A stretch of DNA of 64,000 nt. Source: Eledone cirrhosa. Taxonomy: Eukaryota. Below are positions 1-13,665 of the stretch, piece after piece. The notes beneath the pieces were generated by a model. The model was not told the DNA's origin, did not search any database, and saw only the letters and a program-made list of their open reading frames with translations. A program made the position numbers and the translations under genes. The stretch spans positions 213,962,001 to 214,026,000 of the forward strand of contig OZ024743.1 in the NCBI GenBank assembly GCA_964016885.1. Reading direction: 5' to 3'. The stretch's first letter is position 1; the number at the start of each line of letters is the position of its first letter.

Positions 1-99
1 CTAGTGATGGATGTGCGAATATATGTATCGATATATATGTAGGGCTGCATATATTTGTGTAGAAATATGTTACATATACATACTTACACACACATATAT

Positions 100-110
100 G
101 TATATACTCA

Positions 111-180
<70 letters not shown>

Positions 181-184
181 CCCA

Positions 185-225
<41 letters not shown>

Positions 226-317
226 ATAGGAATATATACATACATATATGGGTTATACATATAAGCCATATATGTATATATATATATATATATATATGTA
301 TAACCCATATATGTATA

Positions 318-356
<39 letters not shown>

Positions 357-372
357 GTGCATATATGTATAT
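100..372. repeat. (TA)n-rich microsatellite tract
   Basis: Interrupted TA dinucleotide run; explains the YIYI ORFs here. Confidence 0.95.
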
Positions 373-728
373 AATCACATATGTATAATTCTATAGGTGT
401 TTGTGCGTGCATGTTTGTGCGTGCTTGTGTGTGCACTTGCGTGCGTGCTTGTGTGTGTAGGTAAAGAATATAGAAAAATAAATGCTTCGCTAAAACAACT
501 TATATAGATTTTAAAAAGGTGTGAGAGGATATTGTTTTTGTTATTTTCACGACATTATTTCATTTGTCGATTGACATAAAAAATATTTTCTAATGTTATT
601 TGAAATTTAAATGTACACATATATTTACTTCTTAATTTCTAGTTGTTTTGGGAAAACTGAAAATATTTCAATATTACACATACATACATGCATACATACA
701 TACATACGCACACCCACACACGCATAAA

Positions 729-786
<58 letters not shown>

Positions 787-2169
787 ATCTTTTTTCCATT
801 TAAAATTGCGCTGTGTAAATTTTCTCCACTGCATTTGGAAATCAATAATTGTTTGTTGTTTTTTTTATGTAACGCAAATCATAACGTTGAATATATATCT
901 GAATATCTCCTGCTCTCGCATGTATCCTCCATTTGGCTGATACTCACTGTGGATGTTAATGGAAATGAACCCGTGTTTGGATCGATTAATCAAGGGTTAT
1001 GATCATGCAGGAGGAATTAGCTCTGGGTGTACTCGCTAATGTTATAGTACATCTACAGGGATACCATCACAATTTGAATAAGAATCTTAGACCTGTAATT
1101 GGTTGCTAATGCTTGAAAAATTTAAGAGGTGTGTATTAGAACCACTATTTTCTGTGTATAGTATGATTGCATCTCCTCTCATATGTTATACACATAATGT
1201 TTATACAAATGTGTATATTTCATTACCGTTGCTTCATATTCCAAGCACAGAGAAGGGTGAAATGTTACACACACACATACAATCATGCACAAGCACACAT
1301 ACTCACTCACTTACATACACATATGTCAAACTCCTTCAGTGACACCAAAACTAAAAATGAGCCACGTGTGTGAGTGAGCACATGTGAGTGAGCACTATAT
1401 CATTCTTTACCAATAAACCTTGCATAAACTCAATGGGTGATCGGAGGCCTTGCAATGATGCAGTTGCCAGTTTTACGAAAAAATCCAAATCCGTTCTTAT
1501 TCCGAACTACATCACGAAGACTTCGGAGGAGGATGTGATTGTTCTCCTTTTAATTGTTTGTGAGTATTCTTCATGCTTAATGCCTTATTAGTTAAAAAAA
1601 TCCAGACATGTTTATATGAGAGGGTGTGGATATTCGAGGCTGTAAATGTTACATGCCAAATATATTTGTAATTTATTTTATTGATGCATTACACAATGTT
1701 TACATATGGAAACATACATGTTTACATATACATACACTCAAAATGAATAGACATGAACAAGTATATTTGTCGAAAATTTTGCCAGTGTTAGGTATCGTAA
1801 TTTTGTGAGAATTTATTTTTCAAGTAGCTATTTCCGGAGATACATGATGCATGGAGAAGGGTATTATCAGGTCACATGTATTATGTTTAAAGAAAATCTA
1901 ACAATGAAGGAGATTAAATACTGAAGAGCATAAAATGCCATCATCAACCAATCTTGAAATCTGCAACGTCGAAAATACTTTAGATATTTGTATGAAATGT
2001 AAAATAATTCTTTGATGTATTACAAGTTTGAAACTTAATTTGATATCTAGGTAAGCGTCTTCATCTAATGTGCTGTTTTCTAAGAATATTTATCATCCAC
2101 AATTATCTCTACTATAGATCCTATCGCCACCACCTATATATTCAGAAACTGTAAATCAAGGTATAACTA

Positions 2170-2625
2170 ACACAAAGGCAAGAAATAATAAATCTTTTGT
2201 TTTTCATTGATATTAAACTTTTCAAAACCAAGGATGCCAGTTCTTTGATAGATTGTGTTAGAAGTCTCCGAAGTGTTCTGGCGATACAGTTTGATACTGA
2301 CACATCTATGCATGTTATATTGCAAGGGGAAAAGGTTAAAGCTAGACAGAATTGCACTTCTATACAATAAAACCATAAGATCTATAAATCCGAGTAAATT
2401 ATGCAAATATCTACGTGTACACCAGGAAGATGATATGAAAGAGAAGGCAAATAAAGATAAATTATTCAATGAATACCAACAAGGGTCAGAAAGATCCTTG
2501 AAACAATATTAATGGAAAGAAGACCATTAAAGTAATCAACTTAAAGAAAGTTAGATTATTGAGATGTTCTGCAGTCTCTCCTTGGTGGTCGAAATGAAGA
2601 TAGCAAAATTGATATAAGCACACTT
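2170..2625 (+). pseudogene. Degenerate RT C-terminal fragment of an R4/Dong-like (RLE-clade) non-LTR retrotransposon
   Basis: Across frameshifts: NLLFFIDIKLF (cf. HLLFMDDLKLF), CKYLRVHQ (cf. YKYLG), KDKLFNEY..RVRKILET..NGKKTIKVIN...RCSA..W, matching the usual RT-thumb motif order of this clade. Confidence 0.5.
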
Positions 2626-3004
2626 GTGTTAGTAGTACATAATGGTTTACAAATATGAGAAACTATTATAAGCCTATGCAATCACGAAAAGATGGAATAT
2701 GTTTACAACACCGTTTAAGAGTCATATTACAGCTGGCATTGATATAAGTAGAAAATAGATGAGTAAAATATACATGTGCAGTCATGGAAGAACTACTATC
2801 ACATACAAGCATACATATATGTATTATATATATATACAAGTAATAGACCTGTTTGGAAAACAGTAAGAATATGAATTGTATCGGCTGCTTTTTCATAGGA
2901 AAATAACATATATCAAATTAGGGAGTGTATATTATCTCCGACTAGGAGATTAAAAAACTGTATGTTTCGGGGAGTTTTCTGAGCAAAAAAGATTTCAAAT
3001 TGTC

Positions 3005-3769
3005 TATGCCCTAGGGACCGCATTAGGCGATTTAGCGATCTCTCTCTATAATTCTTAGTCTTTCTCTTTTTAGATAGATACATACATATAACGTCGCGCC
3101 CTTATAATATATGTCTGTATGTCTGACTGTCAGCATTACGTCACCTCCCTGAGGGTGTGTGTGTGTGTGTATGTTTGAATCCCTAAATCTCGAGAAGTAC
3201 CCAACCGACATTTTTCAAACTTTACATGCTTATTACTTATGTTTCAGGAAGTAGCATGCACATAACAAAATTCAATTTTTTGATCCCTTAGTGCCCGCAT
3301 TAGGTGAAAAACTGCGATTTTCAGGTTTTTAGGGGTTATTTGAGGCGTTACGTCAGACTGATTTCCTTGAAATTGTAACTATGTATTAGTCAGTCTCTTC
3401 TTCATACCGTGAGCAAAGAAAATCCAGCTTTTCTATGGCCTAGGGCGAGCATTAGGTTAAAAACTTCATTTTTTTCAGCTTTTAAGGGTTTTTTTGAGGC
3501 GTTACGTCTAGCCCATTTTCTCGAAATTTCAAGGCATATTATGCACATAAAAAATATTCACTTTCTTGATCCCCTAGGGCCCGCATTAGGTGAAAACCTG
3601 CATTTTTCCTGCTTCATCACGGAAAATCTTAAAGATTATCCAGCCATCAGAATATTCGGTTTATTTTCTTTACATATTGTCCTGGCATGCAGCTTTTCCA
3701 CAATTAGGTCTGTTGGCGGCCGGCGTTCCAAAATACCTTATCCCGTGCAACGCCGGGTACCACTGCCAG
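3005..3769 (+). mobile_element. Non-autonomous Helitron-like element
   Basis: 3' GC hairpin CCCGtgcaacgcCGGG (3742-3757) followed by CCAG|T (CTAG-like end); GTCT-type short repeat near 5' end; internal repeats CCCTAGGGCCCGCATTAGGTGAAAA-like at ~3010, 3284, 3438, 3570. 5' boundary uncertain. Confidence 0.55.
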
Positions 3770-4464
3770 TGTTAGTAATTATCAAGAAATAACATTTAAA
3801 ATGTGTATTTCTACCATTGAACATTAGTCATCTATACGTTTTTGGGGGTACGCATCACTTGTTTTAATTATAATTAATATATGTTCAACATAAGCAAAGA
3901 AAGGACACACACATACACCCACATGTATACATTTTGTGTGTGTGGAGAGGAAAGAACAGCGTTTCCCAAGTCGTTGTTTAGAGCAATGGCTATATTAGAA
4001 GATATTAAAGTGCCAAGCAGTGTGACAGAATCCGAAACCACGTAGTTGCCAAGAAAATTCCTTAGCCACAATCTATGTCTGCCCTTATCGCATAGGAAAT
4101 ATATATTTGAAGATTTGAACAGTATATATATACGTTACTGTGTACGATATACAAACTTATGTTATTCTCTATTATTGGTTACAGCAAGAATGCAGACTCT
4201 GCATTTACAACATATAAGAGAACCCACAAATAAAATTGGAAGTGCATACACATTATTATTCTTAAACAGGATTCCAGTCTTTAATTATAATCAAATTATA
4301 CGCTCGCCATAATATAAATGAAGTGGCATTAATTCACTAAATGGTGTTGCGATATTCACTTTTGTTTGAAATTATACTATAGTGTACAGATTATCCAAAT
4401 TAATTATGGAATCAACGTTTGGTTCGTGGGTTGATACATTATGAACCACTTAAACATTTCCCAT

Positions 4465-4775
4465 TTATATTTTGAATCTTGGGTAATAACCGAAATAATA
4501 CGATTGCGAATGCAAGCGGACGAAATGGGGTTCCTCCGAATCGCTTTTGAAGTAACGTTACTCGATAGAGTGCGAAGCTCAGAGATCAGAGAATCACTCC
4601 AGATAGAACTGCTGCTTCTCTGAATTGAGAGATCACAGCTTCGATGTTATGGGTATGAGAGTAGAATCTCTCAGGAAAGAATCGTTGGTCAGATTTTACC
4701 GGAAAAAACCAACTGGCAGGAGACCCAAGGGTAGACTCCGAGCATGACGGTTAGATAACATTCATGAGCTTCTAA
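4465..4775 (+). pseudogene. 3' fragment of RTE-type LINE ORF
   Basis: ESWVITEIIRLRMQADEMGFLR..VTLLDRVRSSEIRESLQIELLLL*IERSQLR.YG..R..QERIV, typical RTE C-terminus; in-frame stop. Confidence 0.75.
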
Positions 4776-6297
4776 AAGGACCCACTTGAAGGAGTGTTTG
4801 ACCACTCTGCTCCCACAAGGCGCTCATCCCCTTTCAGCCCTTAGTCCTTTTCCTCACCTTCCTCCCCCCCCTTTTACTCTCTTTCCTCATCTTTTCAGCC
4901 TCTTTCCTCTTTTTACCCCTTTACCACTTTTTCTCCTTTACACACCTTCGTCATTTTTCTACTCTTCCTGTTTTCCTTCTCCTCCCTTTATCACCTTCAA
5001 ACCCTTCCTCCGTTTCATCCCATCCTTTCCTTTAACCCACCCTCCCCTTTCTTCCCTGTTCCCTACCGCCCCTTCCACCACTTGCTCTCCATCTTCCTCC
5101 TCCCTTTTCTCAGCATCCTTATTTATTTCACTATCTTAACTAAATATGTGTAGCCTCATTACAATGTGCGTTATTAATAATAAGAAGGAAAGCCATTATA
5201 AATCAGGAACGACATATACATAAATTTACTGATTTTCTGACTAATGACGCAAAGTCTGAATTCTATTAAGATGCAGATGCTTACAATCATAGGTGAACAC
5301 AATTACATCACGGTTTCAGCTGCAAACTAACCAGGAATTGAAAGTTATTCGTACAAAAGTTTCACAAATATATTGTCTAGGTCACGTTAACATAAAACCA
5401 AATGAAATACTTAATATTTTAAAAAGTAGGAATGTTAAAACATTCTATTTAAATGTTCATCGAAATCACCGAATCCTACGCTTTTATATATGCATTCCCA
5501 ACACTCCCATGGCCATTTTTGTTTTCTTTATTTCAATACTCTCAATATTGCATCGCTAACTTCCATAGCAATCATCTCTAATATTTATTAATGCAGCTTT
5601 AGAAACACCACTCATTAGGAGAATATAATGTGTAGTCGTTTTTGAAGTGCATTATGACTATGAAGAATAAATAACATTCAAGCCAGGAAATTTAGGCAAT
5701 TCATATGAAATTATAACGATGTTCTATTGCTGTCTCTGTGTATTCTACTTAACTGTAAAGGCCTTGCATTTGATTTTAAAATTTAACGACACCCATTTCG
5801 TAAACTTTCATTTCTGTCTCCAGACATTTTCCCTGTCTAACGATTAGCAGAATACCTGGCTATTATGTCATTTTACATTATAGTCAGTGTATTTACGACT
5901 TGCTTTATTAAAGACAGAATTATATGAGAAATTCTGAGGAAGTGATTCATATTTCTCTAAGAGCACTACTGGTTAATATAAATTTTACCCTTACTGTATA
6001 ATCAATATTCGAAATAGTAATAATAGATGTGAAACGTTTGAATTTATCTCTTTGTTCTGTAGAGTGATATTCATAATTTCCTATAAGGATTCAATTCAAC
6101 ATGAGCTTAAGTGATTTTGTCAGAAATATCTATGATGCCTGAAACTGTTAAATGTAATTTCGACTTCAACTTTCACCTTTAGAATAACAATTCCTTTTGG
6201 CTGCTGTCTCTAAAATTTCGATTCACATGGACCACTCATATATAACAAAAATTAAATAACAACAATATTATTTATGTAAACAATAGCAACAGCAGCT

Positions 6298-6326
6298 ACA
6301 GTAATAGTAGTAGAAGTAGTAGTAGT

Positions 6327-6361
<35 letters not shown>

Positions 6362-6363
6362 TG

Positions 6364-6421
<58 letters not shown>

Positions 6422-6455
6422 CTGAAGTAGAAGTAGTAGTAGCTGAAGTAGTTGT
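6298..6455. repeat. (TAG)n/(CAG)n trinucleotide microsatellite
   Basis: Direct reading. Confidence 0.95.
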
Positions 6456-6470
6456 AGATGTATTAGTGTT

Positions 6471-6668
6471 ATTACCAATACGGTGGTAAAGGCAGTATTG
6501 GTAGAGGGTCGGACGCCATGCTTTGCATGAAAGAGTTACGGCCCTTTATGGTCTGAGGTCAAATCCCGCCGAGGTTAACTTACCATTCATCCTTACGGTG
6601 TCGATAAAATAAAGTACCAGTAATACACTGGGTTAATTGCTGGCCTTCTGCCAAAAGTAGAAACAATT
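6471..6668 (+). mobile_element. tRNA-derived SINE (Deu/Nin-like core), copy 1
   Basis: B-box-like GGTCAAATCCCGCC then core CATTCATCCTTACGGTGTCGATAAAATAAAGTACCAG; homologous to four other copies in the window. Confidence 0.75.
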
Positions 6669-6669
6669 A

Positions 6670-6895
6670 TTACCAATACGCTGGATTACAGTATTGGAAG
6701 AGAGTCGGACGCCATGCTCTGCAGCTAATAGTTGCGGCACTTTATGATCTGAGTTCAAATCCCGCCGAGGTTAACTTCGCCTTTCATCCTTACGAGGTCG
6801 ATAAAATAAAGTACTAGTCACGCACGGGGGTCGATTTAATCGACCTCCCCATCCCCCAAGTTGCTTGCCTTGTGCCTATATAAGAAACGATTATT
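6670..6895 (+). mobile_element. tRNA-derived SINE, copy 2 (tandem with copy 1)
   Basis: GAGTTCAAATCCCGCC B-box; GCCTTTCATCCTTACGAGGTCGATAAAATAAAGTAC core; GGGGTCGATTTAATCGAC hairpin. Confidence 0.8.
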
Positions 6896-6978
6896 ACTAT
6901 TAGCAGCAGCAGTAGTAGTAGTAGTTGAAGTTGTAGGAGATGTATTAGTATTATTATTAGTAGTAGTAGTAGCAGCAC

Positions 6979-7025
<47 letters not shown>

Positions 7026-7887
7026 ATAGTAGTTGAACAGGGTTAGTAATTTTGGTGGCGAGTCAAAGTCAAACCAACAGAATCGGCTACTAAGATGGTA
7101 CTTTAATTTATCAAAACCAATTTGTTTAAAGTAAACTTGACCTCGACGTAATTTGATTTCAGCACGTAAAGAGCGACAGGAGGTAAGAGACAGATGAATC
7201 AGGTATGTGGCGATGATATATAACGGAGACGATATACTTGTTCGTGAACCAACCGCAATAGGTTTGGCCTGTCTCACCCAGTACATGCGTATGTGAGATT
7301 ATATAAACTGTTCTTAACTTGGTTTTATAAGATGAGCAGTACTGTACCGGACGGCCAGTATTTAACCGGTTCGTCGATCAGACAACATCCTAGGCTGGCC
7401 GAGGGCTTGGATTTGCTTAGTCACTTGTTGTTCGACAGATCTGCCGTAGTTAATCTTTGCTTTTAATTGTGTCGAGGTCCTTTTGGAATATGCCGAGCTC
7501 TATATTTTCAGGGGACATTACACGGCAATTGATAAAGAATGTTTTGAGTGTCTATGAGTCTGGCAGTGTCACACATTGCTAGGGGATGAAATTAACTAAT
7601 GTAGGAAAGTGGGTATTTTTACCCGAGTGGTATAAGTATGGGTTGAGTGTGGCAGTCAATAAGAACTGATATCTTCAGAATGTGATGAAATATATAGATT
7701 TCATCAGCAAAGGGAGGAACAGAACTGAAGAGCCCTTGTTGGTTGAAGTAGGTAAAAAGTGGTAGAGGACCCAGATATATTTGGGGAAAAAATTTCGCTC
7801 GAGACAGTGTAACTGTGTCGAGTGTCCAAAAGAATGTATTTCGGAGTGAAGTTTCATTAAACAGATTAATATTGATATAAACATAAG

Positions 7888-7943
<56 letters not shown>

Positions 7944-8052
7944 CTTATGTTTATATCAATATTAATCTGTTTAGTCGCATATATATCTGTATAGTCGCAT
8001 ATATGTTATAGAATGCTGTTAGCTTCTTGCTAAAACAATCTCTATACGTCTC

Positions 8053-8127
<75 letters not shown>

Positions 8128-8261
8128 GAGGTTATATTTAATTTGTTGGGATTGAAAAAGCAAAATATGTTTATAACTGATATAAAGCACTCAACAAATT
8201 ATTGGAGTAAATATACAATATATTAACAAATGGAAACTATATTTATGAAACCATATTTATT

Positions 8262-8314
8262 TTATTATACATATTTCAAGGGCCCCCAAACTATGGTGCG
8301 CTTTCATCAGATAA
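8262..8314 (-). ncRNA. Type I hammerhead ribozyme
   Basis: Minus strand: ttat CTGATGA aagcgc..gccctt GAAA tatgta TA ataa; stem I ttat/ataa. Confidence 0.7.
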
Positions 8315-8405
8315 GATATAATATATCCAGGAGATTCCAACCAGAATGGTTGCAATTTTTCAGGGTATGTCAATATTTATTTATAAAATTAACCTATATT
8401 ATATA

Positions 8406-8464
8406 TTATCTGATGAACGCGCACCACAGTTTGCCTTGGTGGCCCTTGAAACATGTATAATGAA
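8406..8464 (+). ncRNA. Type I hammerhead ribozyme
   Basis: ttat CTGATGA (8410-8416) acgcgcacc..ggtggccctt GAAA (8448) catgta TA atga; stem II imperfect. Confidence 0.6.
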
Positions 8465-8509
8465 ATAAATATGGTTTTATAAATATAGTTTCCCTTTGTT
8501 AATATATTG

Positions 8510-8552
<43 letters not shown>

Positions 8553-8557
8553 GTATC

Positions 8558-8658
<101 letters not shown>

Positions 8659-8665
8659 ATATGTA

Positions 8666-8703
<38 letters not shown>

Positions 8704-8706
<3 letters not shown>

Positions 8707-8898
8707 CGAAGGAAATGTGGTAAGGAACCAGGTGGACCATAACGCACCAAAGTACTCAATACTTGAGGTAGTAGAGTGGGTAATAGGAACCAGTAAGACC
8801 CCGACAGCTGAGCTCAAGCCGTTTCGATGGCTAATTCTGGACAGAAGTAGCCGTCGAAACGGCTTGAGCTCAGCTGTCGGGGTCTTACTGGTTCCTAT
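8704..8898. mobile_element. Family B pLTR fragment with 58-bp inverted arms (3' half of HHR only)
   Basis: Arms 8783-8839/8842-8898; near-identical to 62333-62470; (TA)n on both sides. Confidence 0.85.
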
Positions 8899-9370
8899 AT
8901 ATATATATATATATATGAATATATATATATAGGTGCATATATGTATATATATATATATATGTATATTGTTATACTTTGGGAAGGTCATGTTGCCAACAAA
9001 TTCAGAAACGAAATATATATGTATATATATGTATATATATATATGTATATATATATATATACAGAGCGAAAGAAAGAAAGGGAGAGAGAGAGAGAGAGGG
9101 GGGGGAGAGAGAGAGGTTGGTTTCGAAAGACTTGAGTTTTTCCACCACAAGCCATTCTGTCGACTTGAAAATCTGCAAGATGAAACGCCCGCCCGCGTTC
9201 TCGAAAATGATTTACTGACTGTTGTGCAACTAACCTCTACCGTACTCGTCCCATTGACTGAGTGCTCTATTACAAAAGATATAACCTCCCAGTGTTTTAC
9301 CACTATATATATATATATAAAATAAAATAAACAACCAACATATACTCAAAATTTATATATATATATATAT

Positions 9371-9429
<59 letters not shown>

Positions 9430-9827
9430 TACGAGAAGGAAAACTATGATGTAAACCTGTGACTCGATGGCAGCCAATGATATTGAACTATATTTCTTTT
9501 TGGATATCTGTCATAGTTTTTTTAGGGAATATGATTGGTCGAGTTCACGGCTTTAACCATGAAATAAGAGTCAAACACAGACATCACTTGATCAAAACGA
9601 CTTAGACATGTGTGGCACGAGCATAGATAGCTGTAATAGTAATGGCTTTTTTCCTATTTTGATGAGGCATAGGTAGAATGAATGTATGTCCTTGGTATGT
9701 CTGAGAAAAGGATCAGTTCTCAAACACGGTGTGCAACCTTCAAATATGTATGTATGTATGCAGGCATGTGTGTATGCATGTGTGTATGAAGGCATGTGTG
9801 TATGAATGTATGTATGTATGTATGTCA

Positions 9828-10110
9828 GGTCACCAGTTGGTGCTACTGGTAACATGTATCCCAGTACAACCTGTGCCATGGTCGGGTCGTTGGCGACTAA
9901 ACTGGCAACCCCACCAAGGTTTCTTGGTGAGGAGGGTGACTTTGGACATCCTGCAGGACTAAAAACAAAACCTGTCAAAGGGCAAAGGAGCTCTTAAGAG
10001 TCAATGGCCATCCAAAATCACCGGGAGAGATGACCCCTTAGCCTTTGTCAAGGCATAATTCTAGAAGTAAAACTCTGATATAACACCTGCAACCCTGATG
10101 GAATCCAATG
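9828..10110 (+). mobile_element. Probable 5' UTR of an RTE-like LINE with degenerate HDV-like fold
   Basis: GC-richer segment starting abruptly after (TATG)n; HDV-like order of elements at 9828-9905 (see findings). No ORF recognised. Confidence 0.35.
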
Positions 10111-10459
10111 ATGTTGACTTGTTCTTCTTTTTGGTAAATATCATCTTGGTTAAGAGAGTGGGACTGGTTTTGTGCAGTGCCTTTGATCACTATAAAAGCT
10201 TCACGGCACAGGCATTGCTTTGTATCAGGAGATCTCTCTGCACTTGTCATCACATGGTACCATGGGCCGAGCACTATGTATCAATAATTGTCACAAGTGT
10301 AGTCTTTGTACCAGAGTTTTCAAGTCGCTGGCTGGACTAAAAAGTCACACTCGTTCAGCGCATCGGTAGGGGTTCTCCTACATGGATATAAAGTAGTGGC
10401 CGTACTCGAAAACGAGTTGGCTGCCACCTTGTATGTATGAATGTATATACATATGTATG

Positions 10460-11149
10460 TTCTTCTGGTTTTGTAATTTCACACATTTTTGCCAATAGAG
10501 AGAGAGTCGGTTTCTAACAAGACACAAGACTCTTTCATTGGAATTTACACAACATCAACTAGGTAGATATGTATGCCTGTCTGCATGCATGTGTAGATAT
10601 GTATGTTATTGTATGTGTGGATGTGTATCTTTTGAGTTGTATTGGTGCATGTGTATATATGCTTTGTATCTGTACTTGTGTGCATGCAGTTATTAGATGC
10701 AACATTTTTGGAATGTTGTATGTATGTATGTATGCATGTATGTATGTGTGTATGTATGTTTCTCTATCTCTTAATTTCGAGTACATTTTTGACCGGCCAC
10801 CTTCCTGGTGGCATGGTTGTAAAAGAAAAGAAATTGTCGCGTTTGAATCGCAAGAAAATTTTGCAAATTTTGAAGGTGCCAGCTATCGCAGTCATTTGTA
10901 GTCGACGATTCCAAGTTCAGTTATACTTTGGTCCAAGTGGGTTGGTATAGAACCTGTAGCTCCAATAATGATGGGTATGAAGTTGAAGGTGTATCTCGGA
11001 TACTGGATCTACAAACTCCTCACCAATGGTCTGTAGATGTCCTCCTTCTCTTGTATTTTTCTTACAACGTTGACATCAAGTGAGTAGCTGATCTCTTTAA
11101 CAGAGCACGTTTTCAATGTGTGGTCCCAAACAACAATATCAGACCGGTT
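10460..11149 (-). mobile_element. 3' fragment of RLE-endonuclease non-LTR retrotransposon (R4/NeSL-like) in (TATG)n
   Basis: Minus frame NRSDIVVWDHTLKTCSVKEISYSLDVNVVRKIQEKEDIYRPL..L*..YP.YTF.FIPIIIGATGSIP..L, then GTFKICKIFL: PD-(D/E)xK restriction-like endonuclease; flanked by (TATG)n. Confidence 0.8.
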
Positions 11150-11310
11150 GTATGTATGTATATAAGTATGCATGTATGAATGTATGAATGTATGTATACA
11201 TGTATGTATGTATGCATGTATGCATGTATGTATGTATGTATGTATGTATGTATGTATGTATGTATGTATGTATGTATGTATGTATGTATGTATGCATCCA
11301 TGTATGTGTA
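11150..11310. repeat. (TATG)n tetranucleotide microsatellite
   Basis: Direct reading. Confidence 0.95.
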
Positions 11311-11734
11311 GTTATAGCGAAAAGATCCCTGTGGAAATGACTTGAGCTTCGTTCAAGGCATATATTTCGAAAGAAATATCAATGCCAACCAAAATGAATA
11401 TCTAAATGTAACTATGCTATGAATAATTTCCTTAGTGTGTTTTATCTGATATATAGTCAACTTCTAAAGTATCAGTCTTGCATAAAATGCTAGATATAAC
11501 ATCATGCGCACGCACACAGTCATTATTACAAATGCAAACAAACATCACATGCACACACAGACATATATCATATATATGTATATCTCTCTCTCTCTCTCTA
11601 TATATATATATAGATAGATATAGGTGGTATTTTATCTATCCCTGTACCACCCTGCATCTCCCCATGCAGTGTCAACTCCCGTGATTAGTGGTCTCCCTGG
11701 TCTCAGCATCGGAGACTCTCTCTATAAAAAAACA

Positions 11735-11799
<65 letters not shown>

Positions 11800-12046
11800 T
11801 GTGTGTGTGTCCTATTGTGTAAATGTGTGTATGCATTTGTGAGTGGGTGTATGTAAGTATTTGTGTCTTTGCTCGAGCGTATACTTAAATACAGACATGC
11901 GTTTAATAACATACATAGATTTCTCATTCTCGCTCATACACAAGCACACAAACGCATACAAACAGCCAAGATAACATATATATATGTACACATACATATA
12001 TATATGTGTGTATGTATATAGATACACACACACACACATTTATATA

Positions 12047-12089
<43 letters not shown>

Positions 12090-12446
12090 GAGTATTAAGC
12101 TTAAAAGTTATACGATATAAACACGAAATACTATTTAATAGTTTCTCGAAACAGTTATAAGCATTAAACAATGAAGATTTTATCCTAAGGAATTCTCATA
12201 TCTCATTAACGTTAACTGTACCCAGCAGAGTGGGAGAAATATATTCTGACAATGCTGCGTTTCTTCAATAAGCATCACGAAAGTTTTATTATACCTTAAT
12301 GTATAGGTCTCTATCTATTAAGGTAGACAATGGTTTCAATCATCAACTATAAAATAATGGATATTATGGATATAAATATACTTTAACGTGTCTATACACG
12401 ATAAATATATCGCATTTACATATCTATCTCTCTATCTAACTATCTG

Positions 12447-12593
<147 letters not shown>

Positions 12594-13221
12594 ATAATAT
12601 ATATATATATGTGCGTTTGTGTGTGTTTGTGTGTGTATGCATCTATGTATGTATCTGTCTATATATTTATCTATATCTCTATCACTCTATTTGTTTATCT
12701 CCTTATCTCTGCCTCAATCTATAAAATATATGAATTTTCTAGATTCTATTTGGAAAATTTGCTATGCTAATTTAGTAACTTATGTTATATGTCTCTGTTC
12801 TATGGATATCTATATAATAAACCAACATTAATATGTCTCTCTACAATGCATCTAAATTTAGCTAAGTAGATACATAACCTTTTTATAACATAATCATTCG
12901 TAACAAAGGCGTAACCGTTTCTTGAATTATGGGTTAATAACTTCCACACTGTTTCGGAAGCTCTTCAGTGATTGATGAATTTTTAATAATTTTTCTTTAT
13001 TGCATCTGATTTTGATTATGTATTTTAGTGAATCCATGTCATACGTCATACATTTTTACCCTATATAAATGTTTAACTTATGAAATGTGTTACATAAATG
13101 AATCCAAAATTTAAAAATCTTTAACTATGTCACAGAAAAATGATATAATAAACAACGGAGGATTCATGATTAGTGAAATAAAACCGACCCTCAGAAATGC
13201 TTGCTAGTTCGATAATACGGG

Positions 13222-13420
13222 AAATAATGGTTTCTAATTTAGGCACATGGCCAACAATTATAGGGGAGGGGAATGTCGATTGAATCGACTCTAGTGTATT
13301 ACTGGTGCTTTATCTTATCGACTCCGTAAGGATGAAAGGCAAAGCTAACCACATATAACTATGCTGAAATGCATGGCATCCGATGCTCTACCGATTCTGC
13401 CAATCGACCACCCTCATTAT
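13222..13420 (-). mobile_element. tRNA-derived SINE, copy 3 (internally deleted)
   Basis: Reverse complement of the SINE core (ACTGGTGCTTTATCTTATCGACTCCGTAAGGATGAAAGGC). Confidence 0.75.
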
Positions 13421-13424
13421 ACGG

Positions 13425-13665
13425 GAATATAATGCTTTCTAGTATAGGCACAAGGCCAGTAACTTTTGGGAAGAGAAAGTCGATTAAATCGACCCCAGTA
13501 CATTACTGGTGCTTTATTTTGTCGATCCCGTAAGGATGAAAGGCAAAGTTAACGTTGGCGGGATTTGAACTCAGATCACGAAGGGCCATAACTCTATGCT
13601 CCAAAGCATGGTGTCTGAAGCTCTAAAGATACTGCAAATCCACCACCCTCATGATACGGGAACAT
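13425..13665 (-). mobile_element. tRNA-derived SINE, copy 4 (tandem with copy 3)
   Basis: GGCGGGATTTGAACTC (B-box reverse complement) plus core; homologous to 6670-6895. Confidence 0.8.

Larger units (their letters stand above)
8125..8510. mobile_element. Head-to-head palindromic PLE pLTR fragment pair between (TA)n tracts
   Basis: Imperfect inverted arms ~8218-8326 and ~8395-8506, each carrying an HHR. Confidence 0.75.

Noticed and set aside
900-1600. Possible host exons in unique-looking sequence (also 28300-29900, 54300-59700)
   Set aside because: No recognisable protein motif or convincing splice-bounded frame; short exons cannot be excluded without RNA-seq.
7200-7330. Possible GIY-YIG remnant on minus strand (VYII..LGETGQT)
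   Set aside because: Only a partial motif; the downstream R..EH is not recognisable.
9160-9525. HHR-like remnants near 9173 (CTGCAAGA) and 9444 (CTATGA)
   Set aside because: Core has indels; cannot be supported as ribozymes.
12942-12972. CTGAAGA gcttcc GAAAC on minus strand
   Set aside because: 1-bp stem II, G at the cleavage position and no repeat context; may be chance.
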